The position numbers and the translations under genes are program-made. Below the pieces are notes generated by a model that was not told the DNA's origin, ran no database searches, and worked only from the letters and a program-made list of their open reading frames with translations. From NCBI RefSeq assembly GCF_009834535.1, contig NC_045707.1, forward strand, positions 55,740,001-55,804,000: 64,000 nucleotides of DNA, read 5' to 3'. Source of the stretch: Camelus ferus (taxonomy: Eukaryota). This document shows positions 39,535 through 51,412 of the stretch, in pieces. The stretch's first letter is position 1. Every line of letters begins with the position of its first letter.

Positions 39535-40297
39535 TGTTAAAAAGTCCACAAACAATATATGCTGGAGAAAAGGGAACTCCCCCACACTGTTGGTGGGAAT
39601 GGAGCTTGGTGCAGCCATTATAGAAAACAATACGGAGTTTTCCTTAAAAAACTAAAAACAGACTTATGCTATGATCCAGTAATCCCACTCCTGGGCATAT
39701 ATCCAGAGGAAACTCTAATTCAAAAAGATACATGTGCCCCTATGTTCATAGCACCATTATTTACAATAGCCAAGACATGGAAGCAACCTAAATGCCCATC
39801 GACAGATGACTGGATAAAGTTGTGGTATATATATACAATGGAATACTACTCAGCCATAAAAAAGAATAAAATAACTCCACTTGCAGCAACATGGTTGAAA
39901 CTGGAGGTCATCATACTAAGTAAGCCAGAAAGAGAAAGGAAAAAACTATATGATATTACTTTTATGTGGAATCTAAAAAACTGACACAAATGAACTTACT
40001 TACAAAACAGAAACAGACTCACAGACATAGAAAACAAACTTATGGTTATGAGTGAGGAAAAGGGGTGTGGAGAGAAAAACTGGGAGTTTGGGGTTTGCAG
40101 ATACTAACTACTATATATAAAAAAGATAAACAATAAAGTCCTTCTGTATAGCACAGGGACCTATATCCAAGATCTTGTAATGGTCTGTAATAAAAAAGAG
40201 TATGAAAAAAATATATATATATAACTGAAACACTATGCTGTACACCAGAAATTAATACAATGTTGTAAATCAACCATACTTCAATAAAAAAAGAAAA
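39535..40297 (+). mobile_element. 5'-truncated lineage-specific L1 (ORF2 C-terminus, 3'UTR, A-tail)
   Basis: ORF 39559-39984 contains ORF2p C-terminal motifs (YDPVIPLLGIYP, CAPMFIAPLFTIAKTWKQPKCPS, LWYIYTMEYYSAIKK). TSD aagatattattagatggg (39517-39534) / aagatattatgagatggg (40298-40315). Confidence 0.95.
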
Positions 40298-41369
40298 AAG
40301 ATATTATGAGATGGGCACCCATCATATTTTCTTGAGGGTTTTCACTTAATATTGAGGAATTAAACACAAACATGGTCCCCAGTCTTTTTACTTTGTCTCA
40401 GTTTTCCACTTTTATTCACATTTTCTTTTTCATAATTCTCTACTTCTAATTCCATTGTATTGTTTCTTTTCATTATGTAGGGCCTTTTAAACCTCCTCCA
40501 TTCTTTATGAGCTAGGTAAGGAATGAATGAATGAAGGTATAAACAGTTCTATAGAGAAATGAAAAATGCACAATCAAATGAAACAGTTTAGGGCTATAAA
40601 AAGTGTGATATTTGGAACATCAGGTGGTACTTCTTGCCCTCTCTACCCTGTATTTTATTCTACTCTGTATAGTAAAGTAGCGCAGTCCACTGCATACCTG
40701 GAGAAGTACAGCCAGGCTGGGGCCCACAGAAGTAACCAGGAATTCTCCGGGAACTTTTACAGCAAGTGTGTCAGTCACCTTGATTTGCTCCAGCATATTT
40801 ACCCATAGCTCGGCTGTATCCCAGTTCTGATTTAGAGCTTTAACCCTGGCTTTTGATTCTACCTCCAGGACTGGGACTTGATAGCTGAGCAAGGCTGGCT
40901 CTCTGGGCTTGGATTTTCCCGGCTTTCCTAGGCTCTGGCTGAAGCTCACTCTCAGCGCCTTCTGCTCCCTTCTCCTTCAGGATCCATTTGTCTCCTGGTT
41001 CCAGGCCTACCCCCCAGGTCTCAAAATTCTGCTCTCTGCCAGATGGAGAACTATTCATGCCAAGACTGCTCTTCCCCCTTCATTAGACCTGTTTCCCCGA
41101 GGCAGTGATGATTTTATCCATGTCTCTCCACCATCACATGGTCTCCTCACAGCAGCAAACATTAGCACAAGGAAAAACTCAATTTTTAACAAACTCAGGA
41201 GGTCAGAGGGTAAAGAATGTAGCCATACAAGGAAATAAAAGTCTTGATGTGAACAGTAACTTTGACATGGGGACAACAGACATAGCTAACCACTTGATCA
41301 CACGGCACCAGGGATCATCTTGAATTCATGGGGGAAAAGGAGTGGAAGGACACTGCATCGTTTATCTTA

Positions 41370-42320
41370 CCTCCCCGATGTTCATTCCTGCTACACCGCC
41401 GCCTTCTCTCCTAGCCTGCATCCATGGCCTCACGGGGAGTTCCCAATGATCAGCTGCCAGAGAAAGAAAAGACTTGAGCCTGGTTTATAGGTGGTTCTGC
41501 ACGATATGCAGGCACCTCGCGAAGTGGTGGCACCACTGTCCCTCTCCGGGACATCCTTGAGGGACAGCGGTGAAGGGGACTCCTCCCGTGGGCAGGACTT
41601 CAGGCAGTGCACCTGGATGCGCTCTTGGCTTGGAAGGAGAATTGGTCAGATGTGCAGTTATATACTAATTCATGGATTGTGGCCAATGGTTTGGACAGGA
41701 AGGGACATGATGAAAAAAATTGATAACAAGGACGTTTGGGGGAGAGGTATGTGGATAGACCTGAGTGGGCCCAAAAAAGTGAAGATTTTTGTGTCCCATG
41801 TGAAGCTCAGTAAAGGGTGACTTAGCAAAGGAGCATTTTGATAATTAAGAGGGAAAAATGACCTGTTCTGTTCTGTGGATACCAGTCAACCTCTTTCCCC
41901 AGCCACCCCTGTCATCTGTCATCACCCAACAGGCTCCTGAACAAAGTGGCCATGGTGGCAAGAATAATTTTTTATGCACGGGATCAGCAACATGGGCTTC
42001 CACTCACCAAAGCCAACCTGGGTAAGGCCCTGCTGAGAGTCCAGTCTGTCAGCAGCAAAGACCAACACTGAGATCCCCCTGATGGCACTGTTCCCCAGGG
42101 TGATCAGCCAGCTACCTTGGAGACAGGTTGACCACATGGGATGGCTTGCATCCCAGAAGGGGCAGAGTTTTTTTTCTTACTGGAAAAGACACTTTGGATA
42201 TGGATTTACCTTCCCTGCAACACTTCTGCCAAAACCACCCTCCATGAACTTACAGAACGCCGTATCTACTATCATGCTTTGCATTTCTTCTTATCAAGGA
42301 ACTCAGTTCGCAGCTAATAA
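41370..42320 (+). mobile_element. ERVL internal pol remnant (RNase H to integrase)
   Basis: gcctggtttataggtggttctgcacgatatgcaggcacc; gggacagcggtgaagggg; decayed peptide hints such as VWGRGMWIDLS and KIFVSHV in ORF 41491-41820. Confidence 0.85.
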
Positions 42321-42555
42321 AGTTTTTCTCCTGCCTTCAGACTCAGACTTGGATTCAGATTGGAACTTACATCTTTCACACTTCTGGTTTTTGGACTTGA
42401 ACTCAGACTTGGGCTGGAACTAGAGCATCAGCTTTCCTGGGTCTCCAGCAGATCTTGAGACATCTCAGCTTCCATAAGCTTGTGGGCCAATTCTTCTCGT
42501 GAGCCAATGTATCCTACCCATTCTAGCTCTGTTTCTCTGGAGAACCCTAATATGC
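42321..42555 (+). mobile_element. MLT2-type LTR, 3' part
   Basis: ctcctgccttcagactcagact...cagctttcctgggtctccagc...tctgtttctctggagaaccctaat. Confidence 0.8.
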
Positions 42556-42699
42556 CTGCTCAACACTTAATCACTACTTGTCATTATACAGTTATTTGTG
42601 AGATCATTTATGGTCTGACTACATGTCGCCTGAGCATAAGGATAATAGTCATAGCTGTTATTATTATTACAGTGTAATCATTACAAAACTATCCACTAC

Positions 42700-42930
42700 A
42701 GCAATAATAATAACATCCAACCCTCGTCTTACACTTAAAAAATGCCGGGCACTGTTTTAAGTACTTTACATGTATTAATTCATTCAATCCCTACAACAAA
42801 CCTGTGAGTTAGATACTATTATGATCCAATTTACTAATAAGTAAACTGAGGCACAGAGAGTTTAATTAATATACTCAAATACATACCACAGCTAGGACTT
42901 GAAACCCAGCAGCCTGGACCTAGATTTTCA
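42700..42930 (-). mobile_element. MIR SINE
   Basis: tgccgggcactgttttaagtactttaca...gtaaactgaggcacagagagttta (MIR core). Confidence 0.85.
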
Positions 42931-43114
42931 TCATACAAAGTGTATCTTACATTATTCTGCTCTGGAATTCCTTAATGGAGGGCAGTGGTTTTCTTCATAC
43001 TGTATTCCCTGCATCTAATACGTCAGAGAAGCAGCTTAAAAGTACAGTAGTAAGTGGAGAAGCAGTATCCTGGAACTAGATCTACTGGGTATGAAGCCCG
43101 GTCCTAACACAAAG

Positions 43115-43438
43115 ACTTTTTTTAATTGAAGTATAGTCAGTTACAATGTATCAATTTCTGGTGTGGAGCATAATGTCCCAGTCCTACATTTATATACATA
43201 TATTCAGTTTCATATTCTTTTTCATTAAAGGTTGTTACAAGGTATTGAATATAGTTCCCTATGCTATACAGAAGAAATTTGTTTTTTTATCTATTTTTGT
43301 ATATAGTAGCTAATATTTGCAAATCTCAGAACTCCCAGGTTTACCTTTCCCCACAGTAACCGTAAGATTGTTTACTGTGTCTGCAAGTCTGCTTCTGTTT
43401 CATAGATGAGTTCATTAGTGTCTTCTTTTCTCTTTTTT
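43115..43438 (-). mobile_element. L1 3'UTR fragment inserted into a MIR (43030-43580)
   Basis: Reverse complement of the 3'UTR seen at 38150-38460 and 51105-51390. MIR halves lie on both sides. Confidence 0.88.
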
Positions 43439-43969
43439 GTGATTGGGGGCAAGTAACTTAACCTCTCTGTGCCACAGGTTTTTCACCTAGATTATTGTTA
43501 ACATTAAATAAATCAGTACTTGTAAAGTACTTAGAACAGGATCTGGCATTTTGTAGCTACTCAATAAATGCTAGCTTTTATAATGATGCTACTTTTATTC
43601 ATCGCTTTATCCCCATCACCCAGAAAAAGTAAAATAATAGGGACTCAGTGACTATCTGATAATTAAAGAATACATTTGCTGTATTCCACGTTGCGTTCTT
43701 TCATCTGACAACTGTGCTGCCTACTTTCCTTCCCTTCATCCCTTCATGACCTACAATGTATGAGGCACTGTGCTAGGATGACAGAGATGCGTAAGTCATG
43801 ATGTTGTTCATAAGCATTTGGAGCTGAGACATAAGACACATAATATGGTGTCATAAGTGGAATAACATTCTAACCTAAACATTATAGGAGAACAGCGGGT
43901 GGAACACCTAACTTGTGGTGAGGGGGGTCTGGAGGGGAGTGGAGTACCACTACCAACAACAATGTAGAT

Positions 43970-45090
43970 GACCTTCTGCTGTGAGCTATTTGTTGTAACA
44001 AAGAGAAATAAACTGTTTTCCACCATTTGCCCAAATATCAAAATGATGCAGCTGGAGACACTAGTCTGGCAGGATGAGCAAACTCAAGTATGACTTTACC
44101 TGCAGAGAGATGAGACGGCTACCGACTTACTGCTTACTGAACGAATACCAGGAAGGGTTCCCTGGCCCCCACAATTCTTCTTATACGACTGAGACCAAAT
44201 AGGTTCTTGGCCTAAAGGAAAGAAAGAGGGCACGTCAGTAAGGAAGGCACTGGTGTGCTGGTGACCACATCCCAGGAAGACTGCCCTACAGACAGGGATA
44301 ATTTTTCTCACATAGTAGGAAGTCTGGCAATAAGCAGGTGTTGGCCTTGGGTCGACATTTTTATCAGGAATTCAAGTCCTTTCCTTTCCTCTTGGGTGTC
44401 GGCTTTTACTACGTTTATGTTCATCACTCTATGGTGGCAAGATGGCTGTTCTCACACCCAGATTTGACTTTCATACTCAAGACCTGAAGGGGGAGTTAAG
44501 ATGCCAGCCTTCTATGAAGAAAGCAAAGCCTTTCCAGAATTCCCCCGGCAGACCTCTGCTTGCATCTCATTGTCACATGGCACAGCCAGCTGGACGGGAG
44601 CCTGGAAAAGCAAGAGACAGGACTATCACAATTCGCTTAGATGAGGGGTCGGCAAACTCACTCTGTAACAGGCCAGAGAGTAAATATTTTAGGGTTTGCA
44701 GGCCACACAGTCCCTGCTGTAATCGCTCAGCCCTGCCATCCCAGCCGCCATAGACAACACATAAACGACCGAATGCTGCTGTGTTCCAACGGCACTTTAT
44801 TTATGGACACGGAAATTTGACATAACGCTCACATATTATGAAATACTATTCTTTTGATTTTTTACAACCATTCAAAAATGTACAAAACAATCTGAGCTCA
44901 CAGGCTGTATAAAAACAGATGGTGGGTCCAATTTGGCCCAGGCGACCATAGTTTGCCGACCTCTGGCTTGGGCCAATGACAATCCATCAACTGGACCTGG
45001 GCAGAAAGCTACGACAAAGCTGGCGTGCTGATAGCTGACTCCAAAGGAGAAACAGCTACTGAACAGGCAACTAACAATGCAGCAACAGAG
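43970..45090 (-). mobile_element. Old MLT1 LTR split by MER58
   Basis: gtggcaagatggctgttc...cagacctctgcttgcatctcattg...gagcctggaaaagc. Resumes after 44973. Confidence 0.6.
44643..44965. mobile_element. MER58B-like hAT MITE
   Basis: TIRs gaggggtcggcaaact ... agtttgccgacctctg and internal gtaaatattttagggtttgcaggccaca. Confidence 0.9.
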
Positions 45091-46494
45091 GGCAGGTTTA
45101 ATCTTCTATATGAACTAGGACGTGCGTAAACTATTTAGTGTATGATGCTTCCTTTCTGTTGTCTCCACTTTAGTGTCGACTTCTTTCTTATTCATAAAGG
45201 CCTCCGCTCAGCCCCATTCAAGCAGCTGTTATCCAGACTCTGGTTTTTAAGTAATTAATATCAGGAAAGTTTCTCGGAGGGGTACCTATCTTTCAACCAA
45301 CATGGGATTGATTACTTCCTATGGCCACACTTTAAGAGAAAGCTAAAGAGCTCTAAAAATTATGAATTAGAAACTCTATGTAAGTTTTATAAATGTTTCA
45401 CAGTTTTCTTCCTGGCTTCCAGTGGTGAGGAAAATGCAAATAGAACCCAGCCTAGAAAAAGATATTCTGCATTCTGCTTTGGCAATCTCATTATCCATTC
45501 CCCATTTATAAGAGAAAAGAAAAAGGAAAGATTTGTAGCAGGCAAAAAATAGCCTCTTTATATATTTAATTACAAAGGCAATTTCCTTTATAGCCTACTT
45601 ACAGGAATACCTCTTAGCATGTTGCCAACAGTATCACAACTTATTTATTCAAAGGTTATGTGTGAATGAGAGCTTTTTTGATATTAATCAAGTAATTTGC
45701 TAGCATTGCTGGGAAAGGGAAAATGTTAGCTTTCTCCTAAAAAATGTAACAGCCCATTAATCAAGTTCACTCTATTGAAGACAATTATGGAGAAAGGGCA
45801 AACAGACCCTTTAGATAAGAAATTCCTAAACTGATTAAATCTTTAATATGGTTTGGCATAGACTTCTGCATAGCAAGTGATGATGTAAACTAACTTTATC
45901 ACCTTACAAATTATACATAGCAGGTATTTACAGATTCAAAAATTATCGTCCATTATTAATTGGAAAAAAAAATCCTAGTCAATGTACCAAATTCAAGAGC
46001 AAAATTCTGGTACATGGGCTACTTTGTTGGTGTTCATTTATTATCTCCAGTTAGAGTTAAAAGGTGAAACAGAATATGCATGTTTTTAAACATCTGTCTC
46101 ATTTTCTGGTTCCCTTAGCAGCACACTCTTGCTAGGTTTGAGACTGGGTCTCCATCAATCAAAATCAAATTCTGCAGTAGAAGGCATTTACAAGTATTTG
46201 TATAAATGTAGCCGAATGGATACGGTTGCAAGATAAGGGATATGAAAAATAACTCTGTGCTGAGGCAATATGGTGCATAAGGTGGGGAAGTCTTTTGTCT
46301 GATGAACAGCAAAAATCCATTAGTCAAACACCAACAAAGAGTTAAGCTTTATAAGCCAGGGATTATCTGAATTAGCTAATAACATTAAGGCTAGTTGAGA
46401 GGAAAGAGAAAAAGTTTTCATAATATTGCCAATTATTCCCCCAATTCATTTGCAAATTTTATTGTTACTAAAATTAAAAATTTAAAAATGGTAT

Positions 46495-47102
46495 TGTTAG
46501 GCAGTCAGATAGAAATAAGCACCTGGGCAAGGGGAGAAGAAGGGGGAGGGGGCAACCCCAAAAATAACCGTACGCCTGCACTCAGGATAAGGGGCTCCGG
46601 AAACTTTTACTTTCTCTAAATGAGGGCCAGCAAAGAAGCCAGCTAGGATCTAACACTGTGGCTGCACAGTAGAGAGAAGGACCCAGCTTACCTGAGCAAT
46701 GCTCATTGTAATGAACATTGCAGTTTGAGCCCCTGCCCGCAGGTTTCTCTATGCATGTCATGGGCAAAAAACTTGTGTAAAAGAGATGGGCGTGCCTGAG
46801 CACAAGGAACGTGGGCTGTCAGTCAGCCTGAGCACTCAAAGAACGGAAGCCATCAATAATCAATCACGAAAACGCCCCCTAAGCCAGGATATGAGAACAG
46901 GAAAAACAAAGGAGAGGTGCCACTTTTCCTCTCTTGCATTCAGCCTGCTTCCGATTCTCAGGGGTGCACTATATTTTACTACCTTTTTACTTCACCAGCA
47001 AAATCTTCCTGTTTATATCATGCTCTCGGTCTCCCGTTAAAAATTCATTTTTTTCAGGTGACCAAGAACTGAGGTAACTTTTATTCTCCCCTCCCAGTAA
47101 CA
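46495..47102 (+). mobile_element. Solo LTR, ERV1-class by TSD length (608 bp)
   Basis: TGTTA...TAACA termini with a perfect 4-bp TSD GTAT (46491-46494, 47103-47106). U5-like ggtgaccaagaactgagg near the right end suggests plus orientation. Confidence 0.85.
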
Positions 47103-47109
47103 GTATGAT

Positions 47110-47460
47110 TTTAGCCACCAGGAAAATGCAAATAAATACTACAATGAGCTACCACTTCCCACCCACTAGGATCTCTATAATAAAAAAAGGAAAAGAAAAT
47201 ATCAAGTGTTGGTGAGGATATGGAGAAACTGAAACTCTCATACACCGCTTGTAGAAACGCAAAATAGTGCAGCCACTGTGGAAAACAGTTGGGCCTGTTG
47301 CTCAGAAGACTAACTGGAGAATAACCCTCTGACCCCACAATTCTACTCCTGTGTGTCTGTCCAAAAGAACTGAAAACACGTGTTCCCACAAAATCTTAGA
47401 CACAAATGTTCCCAGTAGCACTGTTCATAACACCCCAAAACTGAAAACAACTCAATTTTT
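47110..47460 (+). mobile_element. L1MB-type ORF2 3' fragment
   Basis: caagtgttggtgaggatatggagaaactgaaactctcatac...gtgcagccactgtggaaaacagtt. Confidence 0.85.
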
Positions 47461-47843
47461 AAAAAATGGTATGATAGAATTTTTAGTCTTAAAAAATTTT
47501 TCAAATATTTAAAAAAGTTACAGATAATCATCATCTTTGAACATTTCCAGTACACTTTTATAAGCTCACGTAGTGGAAAAAAAAAAAAAGATTAACGGAA
47601 GCTGTCACAGTCCCCCATTAAGGGAGGAACTGCCTTTGATTAGAGCAAGAGTCTTATACTCAAATGCATCTGGAGGTCAGGCAGAAGCTGGAGCGCTGTG
47701 GACAGTGACGTGCCTGAGAGTAAAGTCCTATCTGAACGGAGCAGCAGCTGCTGCAGAGATACGGCCCCAGTTACCAGATATTTTGTATTTCAAGGAAAGT
47801 CAGAAACCCAAGCCTTTTTTTTTTTTTTAAACTCTAGATTCCT

Positions 47844-48196
47844 TCTTAAAAAATACATCAATTTTATTTACAAGCCAGAAATAGACTCACGGACATAGAA
47901 AACAAACTATGGTTACTAAAGGGGCAAGAGGGGAAGGATAAATTAGGAGTTTGGGATTAACAATTACATACCACTATACATAAAATAGATGAACATCAAG
48001 GAACTACTGTGTAGCACAGGAACTATATTCAATTTCTTGTAATAAGCTATAATGGAAAATAATCTGAATATATGTCTGTGTGTGTATATATATAGATATA
48101 TAGATAGACAGATGTATGTATATGCATAATTGAATCACTTTGCTGAACACCTGAAACTAACATTGTAAATCAACTACAGTTTGATTAAAAAAAAAA
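47844..48196 (+). mobile_element. L1 3'UTR fragment with TSD, inserted in a MER102-like hAT element (~47655-48275)
   Basis: agactcacggacatagaaaacaaactatggttac...tgtagcacagg. Direct repeat ctctagattcct at 47832-47843 and 48199-48210. Confidence 0.85.
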
Positions 48197-50087
48197 CTCT
48201 CTAGATTCCTATTTGTTCACATTTTGGAAAACATGTATGAGAGGCTAAACTCAGCCTACAGGCTGTCAGTTTTCAAATTCTTTTAGGAAAAACACCTGGA
48301 TAATCAGCTTTCCTTACAGTAGGACAGGTCTGGAGGCCTTCACAGAAGCAGGTAACAGAGTTTTGAGACTGGACTGAGCACAGGAGAGAGCACAGCCTGA
48401 AAGGGGTCTGAAACCAGTGGAGAGGGGGAACCAGGGAGAAAGAAACCCCACCAGTCACGGGCAGCTAGAGAAATAGGGGTCCAAGGATGTACAATATTCC
48501 ATTTTAAGTTATTCGATTAAAATCACTTTGCCACCAAAACCTTCCAAATTGGCCACACACACAAATGCGAATGGTTTTAGAGGAAATCAGAAAAGAATCT
48601 GTTCTGCAACTAGTGAAGGCCGAGCAGCAAGAAGCAGCAGCCAGGAGAGAAAAGCAGAAGCAGGGGCTCGGAGCCTCAGGATGTGAGGGGCAGGTATTTG
48701 CAAAAACTAGGCAACCGCATCCAGTGTCTCATAGAAGATGGGGGGGGGGGGGGCGTCAGGCTGAGCTCAGCTGACACCTGAACTGCAGGAGAAAACTTCG
48801 TAAGTCCAACATTTTAAATAGAAACAATTAATGCCAAACCCCCAATACTGAGAAGCAGAGAAACAAACAAAGTGGTTGGACAAAAGTGAAATTATTTTTG
48901 TGGTCCATGCACCTTACAGTTGAGTGATCCTCTCCTCCTGTTTCTATCCTCCCACCATGGAAGGATGTAGTTCGAATCAGTATCCAGTTTTGAGAGAAAA
49001 TCTTTCAAATGGAAACACTCCTTCATTGTATCTGATCCTAAGGGGCTAAGGGAATAAGAAAGGAAAGCAGGAACCCCTGGTGTACTGATTGCACCCACAC
49101 CCATTCATGCCTGCCCAGGACTTAGACTAAAGTCACAGGATAAAGAGAGAGACCTGCTTTTGTACAGAATGTGATCTTGGGCGAGTCGTATGGCCATTTT
49201 AAGCTTCTGAATTCTCCTCTGGAGTTTGGATTTGAGAATAATTATGATTCTCCTGTCTACTTTACCAAACTGCTTTCAAGAGCTAAATATCCAAAAAAAA
49301 AAAAAAAAGACAAAGAAAAAGAAAAAAGAAGCCTTTTGAAAACTGTGAAATGCTCTGCATGTAAAAAGTATAATTACAACAGGAACACAATCTTGAGAGT
49401 GAAGAAATGAAATAATTAACTCTCTTCATTCAGATTTGTATCTATGGGCAGGCCCCCCCTGCCCTGTAATTCCAAGGAGCAAGTTGAATGCTGTGTATGG
49501 GATACAACGTCACCTGGGGAGCAAAAGCCAGTAGGGAAAGTGGATACAACTGGGGTGTTCCCGTGGGCACCTCATTTTCAGCAGTGCTCAGAATTACTGA
49601 GTGTTGGGTCCTGTACTAGATAATTCGCATTATTTAATTATTTGGTTAATGTCTCCAAGATGAAATACGTTTAAAACTAAGATATTTAAAGGTCACTTTA
49701 GTAATTTCTTTATCCTGAAGATGGAGAGCTGCAAATTGATGCTTGTCATATCTTCTTTTTATCTGACTGGTTTTTCTTTTCCAGAACGAGGGCTGGAAAG
49801 TGCCCCAGATAAAGGGGTGATTCAGCTTGATCGCTATAGGCATAGAGGCGAGTGTGAAGAGACATGCCAGGCTGTCTACAACAATGTCTTAAGAAATGCC
49901 TGCCCTCATCTCCTTTTGACTCTTCCTTGTCTGAATTTAAATCACTTATCTGAGGACAAAAGCTTTGATCTCACTTTATTTCCTCTGCTCATCAAAACAT
50001 TTCAAATTATGTTTCAGTCCTCATAATGATTTCCATTAGTACAGATGCTTATGTTTGGACTCATAGTTGTAGACTTTCCAGCCCCAC

Positions 50088-50088
50088 A

Positions 50089-50120
<32 letters not shown>

Positions 50121-50145
50121 GTGTGTGTGTGAGTGTGTGTGTGTA
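50088..50145. repeat. (TG)n microsatellite with GA interruptions
   Basis: gtgagtgtgtgtgt... directly visible. Confidence 0.95.
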
Positions 50146-51104
50146 TAACAGAGAGAAGGTGGACAAGGTCGGTGAAAAGCAATCACATAGATTGGCCAAT
50201 GATCATAAAGACTTATAGCAAATGTATTTACTGTTGTTACACTGCAATAGGAAAATGACATGCTATCCATATTTTACAGTTATTCTCTGGCTATAAAAAA
50301 GCTTTCATGAAGCTAGTATACTCCAAAAAATTTACAAAGAGCCTCAGGTAAAATAAAGGAAAAAAAGCTGGGCAATTTCATCATGAAGGATCACATCCAG
50401 TTTGGTTATGTCTACTGCAGTCTTGCATACTGAACCTGCTGTCATGGGCTCAGGAACTCTGGTTCCATGATGCACCATGGCCAGGGCAGAAGAAAGAACC
50501 ACACAGTATCATCAGATGACAGGGATGGCTCTTTGGAAATGGTTTCATCTACCCCAATGCTCCTCTGTAATACTGTTACTTAGACCAGCTGTGTTCAGCT
50601 AGTCATGGTTCATAAATTTATCCTAAAATGAAGAATTCATGCCTTAAATCAAGGACCCAAACTAAATTAGTGTTACAGGATTTTCAGGAAGTAATGGCTT
50701 CCATGTCTGCAATCCATAAAGAAACCCTGATGGAACCTTCTCTGTGAGCTTTGGGTCTACCCTCTACTCCAAAGAAGAGATGTTTCACAAACCCTGGATG
50801 GGTGGCATGGGCCATGCAGGATGTAACCTGCAGCTGATAGTCAACATTGTACCTGCTACATTGGATGCACTGTAAACGAGAAAGCTTACCTATGTCATTT
50901 GACTGCCCTAAACTACAACATCTTCATTGGAAAGTGCAGAGGTCAAATCTAACGTTCTCTCCTGCTCTCCGATGTTGCTGTTATGATTTCTGTGAATGTC
51001 ACTTTGGGGCCACTTGAGAAATAGCAGCAGACTAACTCATCTTCAGCATCACTCACAGTGCAAAAATTTTGGAATTAATAAAATTCCAAACAAAATTGAG
51101 TTCT

Positions 51105-51412
51105 TCATCTACAAAACAGAAACAGACTCGCAGACATAATAAACAATCTTATGGTTACCAGGGAAAGGGGGTGGGAAGGGATAAATTTGGGAGTTTGAGA
51201 TTTACAAATGTTAGCCATTATATATAAAGATAAATTCTAAAAAAAGTTTCCTCTGTATAGCACAGGGAACTATGTTCAGTATCTTGCAATCACCTTTAAT
51301 GGAAAAAAAAACACATGTATGTATATGCATGACATTGTGCTGTACGCCAGAAATTGACACATTGTAACTGACTGTGCTTCAATAAAAAAATTTTTTTAAA
51401 TAACCCTTCCCC
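51105..51412 (+). mobile_element. L1 3'UTR fragment
   Basis: acaaaacagaaacagactcgcagaca...ctgtatagcacagggaac...cttcaataaa. Degenerate TSD acaaaattgagttct / acaaaaaatgagctct. Confidence 0.88.

Noticed and set aside
39559..39984. 141-aa ORF resembling a real protein
   Set aside because: It is the L1 ORF2p C-terminal remnant in a 5'-truncated copy, not a host gene.
51068..51090. 9-bp inverted repeat tttggaatt/aattccaaa next to an L1 insertion
   Set aside because: Short and AT-rich, so expected by chance.
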